Assembly (NCBI RefSeq): GCF_037189685.1
Contig: NZ_JBBCIT010000003.1
Location: forward strand, 106,014 to 170,013
Source: Phenylobacterium sp.
GTDB lineage: Bacteria > Pseudomonadota > Alphaproteobacteria > Caulobacterales > Caulobacteraceae
Reading direction: 5' to 3'
Length of the DNA: 64,000 nt
Below are positions 1 through 8,225 of the stretch, one piece after another (the stretch's first letter is position 1; every line of letters begins with the position of its first letter). The notes under the pieces were generated by a model. The model ran no database searches, was not told the DNA's origin, and saw only the letters and a program-made list of their open reading frames with translations. The position numbers and the translations under genes were made by a program.

Positions 1-72
1 CGCCTCGCCCAGCGAGGCCGCGAGGCCGTTCATCTTCCAGTTTCCGGCGATCAGGGGCGTCGGCGCAGTCAT
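1..72 (-). CDS. tpiA: triosephosphate isomerase, 5' fragment (gene runs off the window start)
   Basis: Minus-strand ATG at 72-70. My translation is MTAPTPLIAGNWKMNGLAASLGEA, which carries the TIM N-terminal AGNWKMN motif. Absent from the ORF track because it is truncated. Confidence 0.7.
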   Translation of the reverse strand, partial: MTAPTPLIAGNWKMNGLAASLGEA

Positions 73-214
73 CGGTCCTCCGGCAATGGTCGCAGTCGAG
101 CCGGGCGGTTAAGCCATGCCGCTCGTCCTGTCACGCGCTCGGTCGCGCGCTTGCGGGACAGAAGCCCGTTCCCCTATACCGGCGCGCTACGTCGTCGCCG
201 GGGAAGGAACCCGC

Positions 215-2155
215 ATGCTCGCCGCCACCCGCCAGTTCGCGAAGTCCTGGCCCGCCCGGATCCTGCTGATCCTCCTCGCGCTCGGCCTCGTCACAGTGGG
301 CGCGAACCAGGGCGGCCTGCTGGCGCTGGACGGCGACCAGATCGTCAAGGCCGGCTCCCGGTCGGTCAACGCGTTCGAGTTCCGCCGCGAGTACGACAAC
401 TTCCGCCGCCGTCTCGAGGAGCAGTCCGGCCAGCCGGTGACCCCCGAGATCGCCCAGGAAAACAACCTCGACGCCAACCTGCTGAACGGCCTCGCGACCC
501 GGGAGGCGTTCGCCGAACTCCTCTCGCGCATGGGGGTAAAACCGTCCGACAAGCTGATCCTCGAGCAGATCCAGCAGATCCCCGCCTTCTTCGATCCCGT
601 CTCGGGACGGTTCGACCGCCAGACCTTCGAGGCCAGGCTCAGGGACAACGGGCTCACGCCGGAAGCCTTCGACGACGAACTGCGCGACCAGATGGCCGCC
701 CAGCACTTCATCGTGGCGATCCAGAACGGCCTGGCCGCGCCGCGCACCTACGGCGCCGTGGCGGCCGTCTTCGCGACCGAGTCGCGCGACCTGGCCTATG
801 TGACGCTGAATCCGAACAGCGTGCCGCGCCCGGCCGCGCCGACCGACGAACAGCTCAACGCCTTCATCAAGGAAAACGCCGAGCGGCTGACGATACCCGA
901 GATGCGCGTGCTGACCGTGGCGCCGTTCACCACGGCGGGCGCCCAGGCGGGCCTGGGCCCGATCGACGCCGAGGAACTGCAGAAGCGCTACGAATTCCGC
1001 AAGGATACGCTCTCGACCCCCGAAACGCGATCCATCGTCCAGGTGCCGGTCAAGGATCAGGCGAGCGCCCAGCAGGTCGCGGCCCGGCTGACCCGGGGCG
1101 AGGACCCCGCGGCGGTCGCGAAGTCGATCGGCGTCGAGGCCGTCCGCTTCGACCAGCGGCCCCTGACGGCGGTGTCCGACCGCAAGGTCGGCGAGGCCGC
1201 GTTCCGGATGGCCGACGGCCAGGTGGCGGCGGTGCAGGGCGACCTGGGCCTTTCGGTGGTCAAGGTCCTGTCGGTCACCCCGGGCCGGGAGGTTTCGCTG
1301 GAAGACGCCCGTCCCATGCTCGAAGCCGAGATCCGCAAGGACATGGTGGCCGAGAAGGTCCACACCCAGACCGAAGCCTACGAGGAAGCCCACCAGGGCG
1401 GCGCCAGCCTCGCCGACTCGGCCCGCAAGGCCGGCGTGAACGTCCTGGCGATCGGTCCGGTGACGGCCCAGGGCCAGGACGAGAACGGCCAGCCCATCGC
1501 CGGCCTTCCACCCAAGATCCTCGAGACGGCCTTCGGCCTGGGCGCCGGCAGCGAAAGCGACCTCACCGACCTCGGCGACGGCTCGTACTTCGCCGTGCGC
1601 GTCGAACGTGTCGTCCCGGCCCGCGTGCCGCCGCTGGACGACATCCGTGGCCCGGTCACCCAGTTCTGGATGCAGCGCGAGGTGGTCCGCGCCCTGGAGG
1701 CCAGGGCCAAGTCGCTCACCGATCGCATGGCCAAGGGCGAGACGCTGGAGGCGGTCGCGGCTTCGTCCGGACTGTCCGTGTCGCGGCTGCCCGGCCTGAC
1801 GCGCCAGAACGCCGGCCAGCACCAGCAGGCGCTGGGCGGCCAGGTGCTGTCGCAGGCGTTCTCCGCCAAGACCGGCGAGGCCTGGTCCGCAGGCGCGCCG
1901 ACGGGCCTCGTCGTGGGCCGGGTCGAAGCCGTCCGCGCCGACGGCGGCCCCACGACCGCCCGCCTGGCCGACGCCAGCCGCGGGGAACTGACCCAGGTGC
2001 TGTTCCGGGAGATGGGCGAGGCCGCCCAGGTCTATGCGCGCAACAAGCTGAAGGTCCGCATCAACCGCGACAAGGCCCGTACGGTCCTGGGCTTCCCGCC
2101 CCTGCCCAAGGGCGGCGACGCGGCCGCCGGGAAGAACGCGGAGAAGAAGAAGTGA
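215..2155 (+). CDS. PpiD-like periplasmic chaperone / peptidyl-prolyl isomerase
   Basis: ORF 116..2155. Preferred start is ATG 215, preceded by GGGAAGG. An N-terminal membrane anchor (ARILLILLALGLV) is followed by a long SurA-N/rotamase-like periplasmic region. The stop overlaps the trpE GTG. Confidence 0.8.
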   Translation: MLAATRQFAKSWPARILLILLALGLVTVGANQGGLLALDGDQIVKAGSRSVNAFEFRREYDNFRRRLEEQSGQPVTPEIAQENNLDANLLNGLATREAFAELLSRMGVKPSDKLILEQIQQIPAFFDPVSGRFDRQTFEARLRDNGLTPEAFDDELRDQMAAQHFIVAIQNGLAAPRTYGAVAAVFATESRDLAYVTLNPNSVPRPAAPTDEQLNAFIKENAERLTIPEMRVLTVAPFTTAGAQAGLGPIDAEELQKRYEFRKDTLSTPETRSIVQVPVKDQASAQQVAARLTRGEDPAAVAKSIGVEAVRFDQRPLTAVSDRKVGEAAFRMADGQVAAVQGDLGLSVVKVLSVTPGREVSLEDARPMLEAEIRKDMVAEKVHTQTEAYEEAHQGGASLADSARKAGVNVLAIGPVTAQGQDENGQPIAGLPPKILETAFGLGAGSESDLTDLGDGSYFAVRVERVVPARVPPLDDIRGPVTQFWMQREVVRALEARAKSLTDRMAKGETLEAVAASSGLSVSRLPGLTRQNAGQHQQALGGQVLSQAFSAKTGEAWSAGAPTGLVVGRVEAVRADGGPTTARLADASRGELTQVLFREMGEAAQVYARNKLKVRINRDKARTVLGFPPLPKGGDAAAGKNAEKKK

Positions 2156-3684
2156 CGCCCGAGCCGCCGTTCGACGCCTTTCGCTCGACTTACGACGGCG
2201 GCGCCCCCCAGGTCGTCTGGACACGCCTCATCGACGACCTGGAGACGCCGGTCTCCGCCTATCTGAAGATCGGCCACGGCCGGCCCTACGCCTTCCTCTT
2301 CGAGTCGGTGGAGGGCGGCGCGTTCCGCGCGCGCTATTCGATCATCACCCTGAACCCCGACCTCGTCTGGCGCTGCCACGGCGACCGGGCCGAGATCGCC
2401 ACGGGCGACGACATCGCCCAGGGCCGATTCACGCCCCAGCCCGGCGGCGCCCTGGACAGCCTGCGCGACGTGCTGGCCGCCTCGCGGATCGAACTGCCGC
2501 CCGGCTTGCCGCCGATGGCCGCCGGCGTGTTCGGCGCCCTGGGCTACGACACCATCCGGCTGGTCGAGACCCTGCCCGACGTCAATCCCGACCCCCTGGG
2601 CCTGCCGGACGGCGTGCTGACGCGGCCGTCCGTGATCGCCATCTTCGACGGCATCGCTCAGGAGATCCTGCTGGCGACGCCCGTGCGTCCCGGCGAGGGC
2701 TCCGCGCAGGACGCCTATGAGGCCGCCCGGGCGCGCCTCCAGGCCGTCACGGACGACTTCCGCAAGCCCGCGCCGCCGCTGCGCGGCGACGCCCGCCCCG
2801 AGCCCGACCGCTTCACCACGCCCGTGAGCCGAGAGGCCTATCGGGAGATCGTCGAGAAAGCGAAGGGCTACATCCGCGCCGGCGACATCTTCCAGGTGGT
2901 GCCCAGCCATCGCTTCCGCGCGCCCTTCGAGGACGATCCGTTCGCGCTCTACCGCTCGCTGCGCCGGGCCAACCCCTCGCCGTTCCTGTTCTACCTGAAC
3001 TTCGGCGACTTCCAGCTCGCGGGCTCGTCGCCCGAGATCCTGGTCCGCCTGCGCGACGGAAAGATCACGATCCGCCCGATCGCGGGCACCCGCCCGCGCG
3101 GCGCCACGCCCGAGGAGGACCGGCGCCTCGAGGAAGAACTGATCGCCGACCCCAAGGAGCGGGCCGAGCACCTGATGCTGTTGGACCTGGGCCGCAACGA
3201 CGTAGGCCGGGTGGCGATGCTCAAGCAGGCCGGCGCCAACGAGCCGCCAAAGGCGTCCCACGTCCCGCGCGTCCGCGTCACCGACAGCTTCTTCGTGGAA
3301 CGCTACGCCCGCGTCATGCACCTCGTGTCCAACGTCGAGGGCGACGCGCCCGACGGACTCGATCCGGTGGACGTGGTGATGGCCGCCCTGCCCGCCGGCA
3401 CGCTGTCGGGCGCGCCCAAGGTCCGGGCCATGGAGATCATCGACGAGCTGGAGATCGAGAAGCGCGGCATGGGCTACGCCGGCGCCGCCGGCTACTTCGG
3501 CTCGGACGGTTCGGTCGATACCTGCATCATCCTGCGCACGGCGCTGTTCAAGGACGGGATGATGTACGTCCAGGCCGGCGGCGGCGTGGTGGCCGACAGC
3601 GACCCCGACGCCGAATACGACGAGACCCTGCACAAGGCCCGCGCGCTTCGCGACGCCGCCGTGGAGAGTTGGCGGTTCGTGTAG
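2152..3684 (+). CDS. trpE: anthranilate synthase component I
   Basis: Last about 510 codons of frame 151..3684. GTG 2152 overlaps the upstream stop (GTGA). Chorismate-binding motifs are present: LFESVEGG, IAGTRPRG, LSGAPKVRAMEIIDELE, GGGVVADSDP. Confidence 0.92.
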   Translation: MTPEPPFDAFRSTYDGGAPQVVWTRLIDDLETPVSAYLKIGHGRPYAFLFESVEGGAFRARYSIITLNPDLVWRCHGDRAEIATGDDIAQGRFTPQPGGALDSLRDVLAASRIELPPGLPPMAAGVFGALGYDTIRLVETLPDVNPDPLGLPDGVLTRPSVIAIFDGIAQEILLATPVRPGEGSAQDAYEAARARLQAVTDDFRKPAPPLRGDARPEPDRFTTPVSREAYREIVEKAKGYIRAGDIFQVVPSHRFRAPFEDDPFALYRSLRRANPSPFLFYLNFGDFQLAGSSPEILVRLRDGKITIRPIAGTRPRGATPEEDRRLEEELIADPKERAEHLMLLDLGRNDVGRVAMLKQAGANEPPKASHVPRVRVTDSFFVERYARVMHLVSNVEGDAPDGLDPVDVVMAALPAGTLSGAPKVRAMEIIDELEIEKRGMGYAGAAGYFGSDGSVDTCIILRTALFKDGMMYVQAGGGVVADSDPDAEYDETLHKARALRDAAVESWRFV

Positions 3685-3695
3685 CCGAGGCCTTC

Positions 3696-3734
3696 GGAGC
3701 GGACGGCCCGGTTTCGTGGTCCGCCGACCGCTCC
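3696..3734. terminator. hairpin between convergent trpE and the P-loop gene
   Basis: ggagcggacgg (3696-3706) pairs with ccgaccgctcc (3724-3734): 11 bp with one mismatch and a 17-nt loop. No U-tract. Confidence 0.3.
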
Positions 3735-4306
3735 TAGGGATGCAAACGGGACATGAGCTCTCCCTCGATCCGCTCCGCCGTCTCGGCTGCGCCCAGACCG
3801 CTGGTGTTCAGGTCGAGAATCCAGTCGTGGCGGATCGGGAAAGGACCGAGGGAAGCCAGCGAACGCGCCTTTCCGGCGTCCGTGGTCTTGAACCTTTCGC
3901 GTCGTCCGGCGCTGGCGATCCGTTCCCGAAGCTGTTCTTCGTCACACGCGAGACGGACCACGAGCAGGCTTGCCCGCCTCCGCTCGGCCACCCAGAGAAG
4001 CTGACCCGCTATGACCCAGTCGATCGGATGTCCGCCCGGGTCCGAGACCGCATGGGTGAAGACATAGTTCCGCCCCGGCGGCCCGAAGCGCGCGACCGTC
4101 TCCAGCACTGCTGACAGGACGTCGTTGGTCCTGTCCCACACGCCCGCGGGAAGGGTCTTCCCGTCCGGCTCGACCACCTCGAAGATCGGGTTGCTCCAGA
4201 AATGATTGTCCAGGAGCTTGGCGGAGAGACGTTCCGCGACGAGCTTCCCCACCGTGTACTTGCCCACGCCGGGAGGGCCCACGAGGTAGACGATCACATT
4301 TTGCAT
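3734..4306 (-). CDS. P-loop NTPase / small-molecule kinase-like protein (AAA_33-like)
   Basis: ORF 3734..4360. The internal ATG 4306 gives MQNVIVYLVGPPGVGKYTVGK, with the Walker A motif at the N-terminus. Size and layout resemble shikimate/gluconate-kinase-type P-loop proteins. Confidence 0.7.
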   Translation of the reverse strand: MQNVIVYLVGPPGVGKYTVGKLVAERLSAKLLDNHFWSNPIFEVVEPDGKTLPAGVWDRTNDVLSAVLETVARFGPPGRNYVFTHAVSDPGGHPIDWVIAGQLLWVAERRRASLLVVRLACDEEQLRERIASAGRRERFKTTDAGKARSLASLGPFPIRHDWILDLNTSGLGAAETAERIEGELMSRLHP

Positions 4307-4459
4307 TGCGCCCTCGGCGTTCCCTCGCCGGAGACACCAGGGCGGCCGGCGGTTCGTCACGTTTCGAGCGTACGCGCTTGAGCAGCGCCCGCAACGAGCG
4401 GATGACCGCCTCGACAGATCACGAGCCCGTCCTGTCCCCGCCCCTCGGGCGCGTACAGC

Positions 4460-4663
4460 CTAATCCATCGCGCGCTGCGCCACCGGCTCCGTGGTCACCG
4501 GCGGCGCGAGCACCATAGTCGCCGCAAAGGCCACCGAGGTCGCCGCCAGGGCCGTGGCCGCCGCCAGGACCGGCCAGAGGGAATCGCGGCGCTGGGCCGG
4601 AGCCACGAGACTCCGCGCTCGGGCCACCGCATCCACATCCAGGGCAGAATCGCTCAGCGCCAT
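4460..4663 (-). CDS. hypothetical small membrane protein (67 aa)
   Basis: Tail of ORF 4460..5806, starting at ATG 4663: [13 protein letters not shown]...[25 protein letters not shown]... It has one predicted TM helix and GC-rich third codon positions. No recognisable family. Confidence 0.35.
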   Translation of the reverse strand: MALSDSALDVDAVARARSLVAPAQRRDSLWPVLAAATALAATSVAFAATMVLAPPVTTEPVAQRAMD

Positions 4664-4714
4664 ATCCGCAGCATCCGACTTGGCGCTCGCGCCGGCAAAG
4701 CCTATGGAACGCCC

Positions 4715-5305
4715 ATGATCCTGGTGATCGATAACTACGACAGCTTCACCTACAACCTCGTCCACTTCCTGAACGAGCTGGGGGCGGAGACGCTTGTCCA
4801 TCGCAACGATGCGATCACCGTCGAGGAGGCGGTGGGCCTGCGGCCCGAGGCGGTGCTGCTGAGCCCCGGGCCGTGTACGCCGAACGAGGCCGGCATCTGC
4901 CTCGACCTCATCCGCGAAGCGCCGGAATCCCTGCCGATCCTGGGGGTCTGCCTGGGCCATCAGTCGATCGGCCAGGCGTTCGGCGGCACGGTCGTCCGCG
5001 CCCGCGCCCTCATGCATGGGAAGACCAGTCTCATCCATCACACCGACACAGGTGTGTTCCGCGGGTTGAAGAACCCTTTCACCGCGACCCGATACCATAG
5101 CCTTTCCGTGCAGGAAGCCGATCTGCCGCAGGCGCTCGAGGTCACCGCCCGCACCGAGGACGGCGAGATCATGGGCCTGCAACACCGGACCCGTCCGATC
5201 CACGGCGTGCAGTTCCATCCCGAATCGATCGCCACCGAGTGCGGCCACGAGCTGCTCGCCAATTTCCTCGACCGGGCTGGCGTGAAGCGCCTGGCCCAGG
5301 TCTGA
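4715..5305 (+). CDS. trpG: anthranilate synthase component II (glutamine amidotransferase)
   Basis: [17 protein letters not shown]-terminus, catalytic GVCLGHQ, and HGVQFHPES. Confidence 0.95.
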   Translation: MILVIDNYDSFTYNLVHFLNELGAETLVHRNDAITVEEAVGLRPEAVLLSPGPCTPNEAGICLDLIREAPESLPILGVCLGHQSIGQAFGGTVVRARALMHGKTSLIHHTDTGVFRGLKNPFTATRYHSLSVQEADLPQALEVTARTEDGEIMGLQHRTRPIHGVQFHPESIATECGHELLANFLDRAGVKRLAQV

Positions 5306-5324
5306 CCGTCCGGGCCCGCCCGCC

Positions 5325-6353
5325 ATGTCCGCCGCCTTCAAGCCCCTCCTGTCGCGCCTCGCCGACGGCGGCACGCTGTCCGAGGAGGACGCCGGGGAGT
5401 TCTTCGCGGCCTGCCTGCGCGGCGAGCCCACGCCGGCCCAGGTGGGCGCGGCGCTCACGGCCATGCGGATGCGGGGCGAAACCCTGGGCGAGATCACCGC
5501 CTGCGCCCGCGCCATGCGCCGGGCGGCGGCGCATATCGAACCGCCCTTCCCGACGATCGACGTCTGTGGCACGGGCGGCGACGGGCAGCACACGCTGAAC
5601 ATCTCCACCGCCGTGGGCTTCGTGGCGGCGGGCGGCGGGCTGAAGGTGGCCAAGCACGGCAACCGGGCGCTGTCGTCCAAGTCGGGCGCGGCGGACGTCC
5701 TGTCGGAACTGGGGGTCGCCATCGACGCGGGACCGGAACGCCAGCTCGAGGCGCTGGACGAGGCCGGCATCTGCTTCCTGTTCGCCCCGGCCCACCACGG
5801 CGCCATGCGCCACGTCTCGCCGATCCGCGCCGAGCTCGGCTACCGGACCATCTTCAACCTCCTGGGTCCGCTGACCAATCCGGCCGGCGCCCAGCGGCAG
5901 GTGGTGGGCGTGTTCGCCGAGCGCTGGGTGGCCCCGCTGGCCCAGGTGCTGGGCGCGCTGGGGTCGGAACGTGCCTGGGTGGTCCACGGTGGCGGCCTGG
6001 ACGAGATGACCACCACGGGCGAGACCAGCGTGGCCGAGTATCGCGAGGGCCAGGTGCGACTGTTCACCGTCACGCCCGAGGCCGTGGGCCTGAAGCGCGC
6101 GGCGCTGGCCGACCTCACCGGCGGCTCCCCGGCCGAGAATGCGCAGGCCCTGCGCCGGCTGCTGGACGGCGAGCCCGGCGCCTATCGCGACATCGTCCTC
6201 CTGAACGCCGCCGCCGCCTTCCTCGTCGGCGACAAGGTTGAGACCTTGCGGGAAGGCGTCGAATTCGCAGGCCGCGTCATCGACGATGGCCGCGCGAAGG
6301 CCGCCCTGGAAAAGCTGGTGGCCATCGCACCCCTGACGCAGGAGCCGGCATGA
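5325..6353 (+). CDS. trpD: anthranilate phosphoribosyltransferase
   Basis: [15 protein letters not shown] and [16 protein letters not shown] motifs; follows trpG. Confidence 0.95.
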   Translation: MSAAFKPLLSRLADGGTLSEEDAGEFFAACLRGEPTPAQVGAALTAMRMRGETLGEITACARAMRRAAAHIEPPFPTIDVCGTGGDGQHTLNISTAVGFVAAGGGLKVAKHGNRALSSKSGAADVLSELGVAIDAGPERQLEALDEAGICFLFAPAHHGAMRHVSPIRAELGYRTIFNLLGPLTNPAGAQRQVVGVFAERWVAPLAQVLGALGSERAWVVHGGGLDEMTTTGETSVAEYREGQVRLFTVTPEAVGLKRAALADLTGGSPAENAQALRRLLDGEPGAYRDIVLLNAAAAFLVGDKVETLREGVEFAGRVIDDGRAKAALEKLVAIAPLTQEPA

Positions 6354-7126
6354 GCGACGTCCTGGCCGGGATCGCCGCCTACAAGCGCCAGGAAGTCGCC
6401 GAGCGCCGCGCGGCCCGGCCCGTGGCGCCCACCGCCGGCGTTTCGCCGCCGCGGGGCTTCAAGGCGGCGCTGGAGCGGGCGCACGCCCCCGGCCGCCTGG
6501 CTCTGATCGCCGAGATCAAGAAGGCGTCCCCGTCGAAAGGCCTGATCCGCGCCGACTTCGACCCGCCCGCGCTGGCGCAGGCATATGAGGCCGGCGGCGC
6601 GGCCTGCCTGTCGATCCTCACCGACGGCCCCAGCTTCCAGGGCGCCGATGCGTTCCTCACCGCCGCGCGCGACGCCACCGCCCTGCCCTGCCTGCGCAAG
6701 GAGTTCCTGGTCGATCCCTGGCAGGTCGCCGAGAGCCGGGCCCTGGGCGCGGACGCCATCCTGGTGATCCTGGCGATGGTGGACGACGGCCTCGCCGCCG
6801 AACTGATGTCCGAGGCCGCGGCGCATGGCATGGACGCCCTGGTCGAGGTCCACGACGAGGCCGAAATGGCCCGCGCCGGGCGTCTGGGCGCGACCCTGGT
6901 GGGCGTGAACAACCGCGACCTGCGCAGCTTCGCAACCGACCTGGCCGTGACCGAGCGTCTGGCCGCCCTCGCGCCTGCGGACGCCCTCCTCGTGACCGAG
7001 AGCGGCATCTTCACGGCCGCAGACGCCGCCCGGCTGGAAGCGAGCGGCGCCCGCGCCATGCTGGTCGGCGAGAGTCTCATGCGCCAGGCCGACGTCGCCG
7101 CCGCGACTCGCGCCCTCCTGGGCTGA
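6350..7126 (+). CDS. trpC: indole-3-glycerol-phosphate synthase
   Basis: ATGA overlap with trp[16 protein letters not shown] and VGVNNRDL motifs. Confidence 0.95.
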   Translation: MSDVLAGIAAYKRQEVAERRAARPVAPTAGVSPPRGFKAALERAHAPGRLALIAEIKKASPSKGLIRADFDPPALAQAYEAGGAACLSILTDGPSFQGADAFLTAARDATALPCLRKEFLVDPWQVAESRALGADAILVILAMVDDGLAAELMSEAAAHGMDALVEVHDEAEMARAGRLGATLVGVNNRDLRSFATDLAVTERLAALAPADALLVTESGIFTAADAARLEASGARAMLVGESLMRQADVAAATRALLG

Positions 7127-7192
7127 GTCGGCGGCCGGCGCCCAAAAAGCCAAGCTTTTCAACGGCTGACAGTATCGCTTGACATTAACCCA

Positions 7193-7207
7193 GAACGCTT
7201 GGAGAAC
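7193..7207. promoter_or_regulatory. LexA operator (alphaproteobacterial SOS box GAAC-N7-GAAC) upstream of lexA
   Basis: gaac gcttgga gaac at 7193-7207, 40 bp upstream of the lexA ATG. TTGACA lies at 7179-7184 just upstream. A second, off-spacing GTTC-N6-GTTC lies at 7229-7242. Confidence 0.6.
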
Positions 7208-7246
7208 ATCCACAGACGTTTGCGCTTTGTTCTTCGAGGTTCACAG

Positions 7247-7936
7247 ATGCTCACCCGCAAACAACATGAGCTGCTCATGTTCATCCATGAGCGGATCAAA
7301 GAGACCGGGGTCTCGCCATCCTTCGACGAGATGAAGGAAGCGCTGGACCTCGCCTCGAAGTCCGGCATCCACCGTCTCATCACGGCGCTGGAAGAGCGCG
7401 GTTTCCTGCGCCGCCTGCCGCATCGGGCCCGTGCGCTCGAGGTGGTGAAGCTGCCGCAGCAGGCTACGGCGGCCGCCCCGCCCAAGGGCCGCGCGCCGTT
7501 CAAGCCACAGCTCGTCGAGGCCGGCGCGGCCATGCCCGCCGCCGCCAACGACAGCCGCGAGCTGCCCATCCTGGGCCGGATCGCGGCCGGTACGCCCATC
7601 GAGGCGATCCAGCAGGAACGCGACCGCATCCCCGTGCCCGAGACGATCCTGGGCGCCGGCGAGCATTTCGTGCTCGAGATCTCGGGCGACTCGATGATCA
7701 ACGCCGGCATCCTGGACGGCGACTTCGTGGTGATCCGCCGTACCGACAGCGCCGTCTCGGGCGACATCGTCGTCGCCCTGGTGGACGGCGAGGAAGCCAC
7801 CCTGAAGCGGTTGCGCAAGAAGGGCGCCTCCATCGCGCTGGAAGCCGCCAATCCGGCCTATGAGACCCGCATCTTCGGCCCCGACCGCGTGTCGGTGCAG
7901 GGCAAGCTGGTCGGCCTCATCCGCCGCTATCACTGA
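7247..7936 (+). CDS. lexA: LexA repressor
   Basis: ORF 7199..7936, with start taken at ATG 7247 ([21 protein letters not shown], winged helix). C-terminal S24 peptidase region ([13 protein letters not shown] ... KRL). Confidence 0.95.
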   Translation: MLTRKQHELLMFIHERIKETGVSPSFDEMKEALDLASKSGIHRLITALEERGFLRRLPHRARALEVVKLPQQATAAAPPKGRAPFKPQLVEAGAAMPAAANDSRELPILGRIAAGTPIEAIQQERDRIPVPETILGAGEHFVLEISGDSMINAGILDGDFVVIRRTDSAVSGDIVVALVDGEEATLKRLRKKGASIALEAANPAYETRIFGPDRVSVQGKLVGLIRRYH

Positions 7937-8225
7937 GCCCGTCGCCCGGCGCGCCGGGCCTGAAGACGAAGTCCACACGGAACACCCGCTCGCCACGTCC
8001 ATGGCGGGCGGTTTCCATGAGGGCGGCGAGGCTCTCGAAGCCACCCTCGCGCGCGGTCGCCTCGGTGACGTCGGAAAGGTCGATCTCCTGGAGCCGCGTC
8101 ACCTTGATGTGGCCGTCCGCCAGCGGGTAGCGGCCGCCCACGCGCACACGCGGCGTCAGCCAGAACCGGATGCTGCTGGTGATCTCGCCCGAGCGCACGC
8201 GGGACCGGAGGTTTCGGGCGAACAT
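7917..8225 (-). CDS. small ASCH-domain-like protein (102 aa)
   Basis: Tail of ORF 7917..10022 from ATG 8225: [33 protein letters not shown]... The ATG shares one nt with the comEC TGA (TGATG). The 3' end overlaps the lexA 3' end by 20 bp, convergently. Confidence 0.6.
   Translation of the reverse strand: MFARNLRSRVRSGEITSSIRFWLTPRVRVGGRYPLADGHIKVTRLQEIDLSDVTEATAREGGFESLAALMETARHGRGERVFRVDFVFRPGAPGDGLSDSGG

Noticed and set aside
131-2224. 697-aa minus-strand ORF, and the first two thirds of the 1177-aa plus-strand ORF 151..3684, both overlapping the ppiD-like gene.
   Set aside because: The translations are Arg/Gly/Ala/Pro-rich low-complexity sequence typical of high-GC shadow frames. The ppiD-like frame has a TM anchor and a recognisable chaperone-like sequence. 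Only the part of 151..3684 from 2152 onward (trpE) is real.
7229-7242. GTTC-N6-GTTC next to the lexA start codon, considered as a second canonical SOS box.
   Set aside because: The spacer is 6 nt rather than 7, so I did not count it as a consensus operator. It is kept only as a note within the lexA finding.
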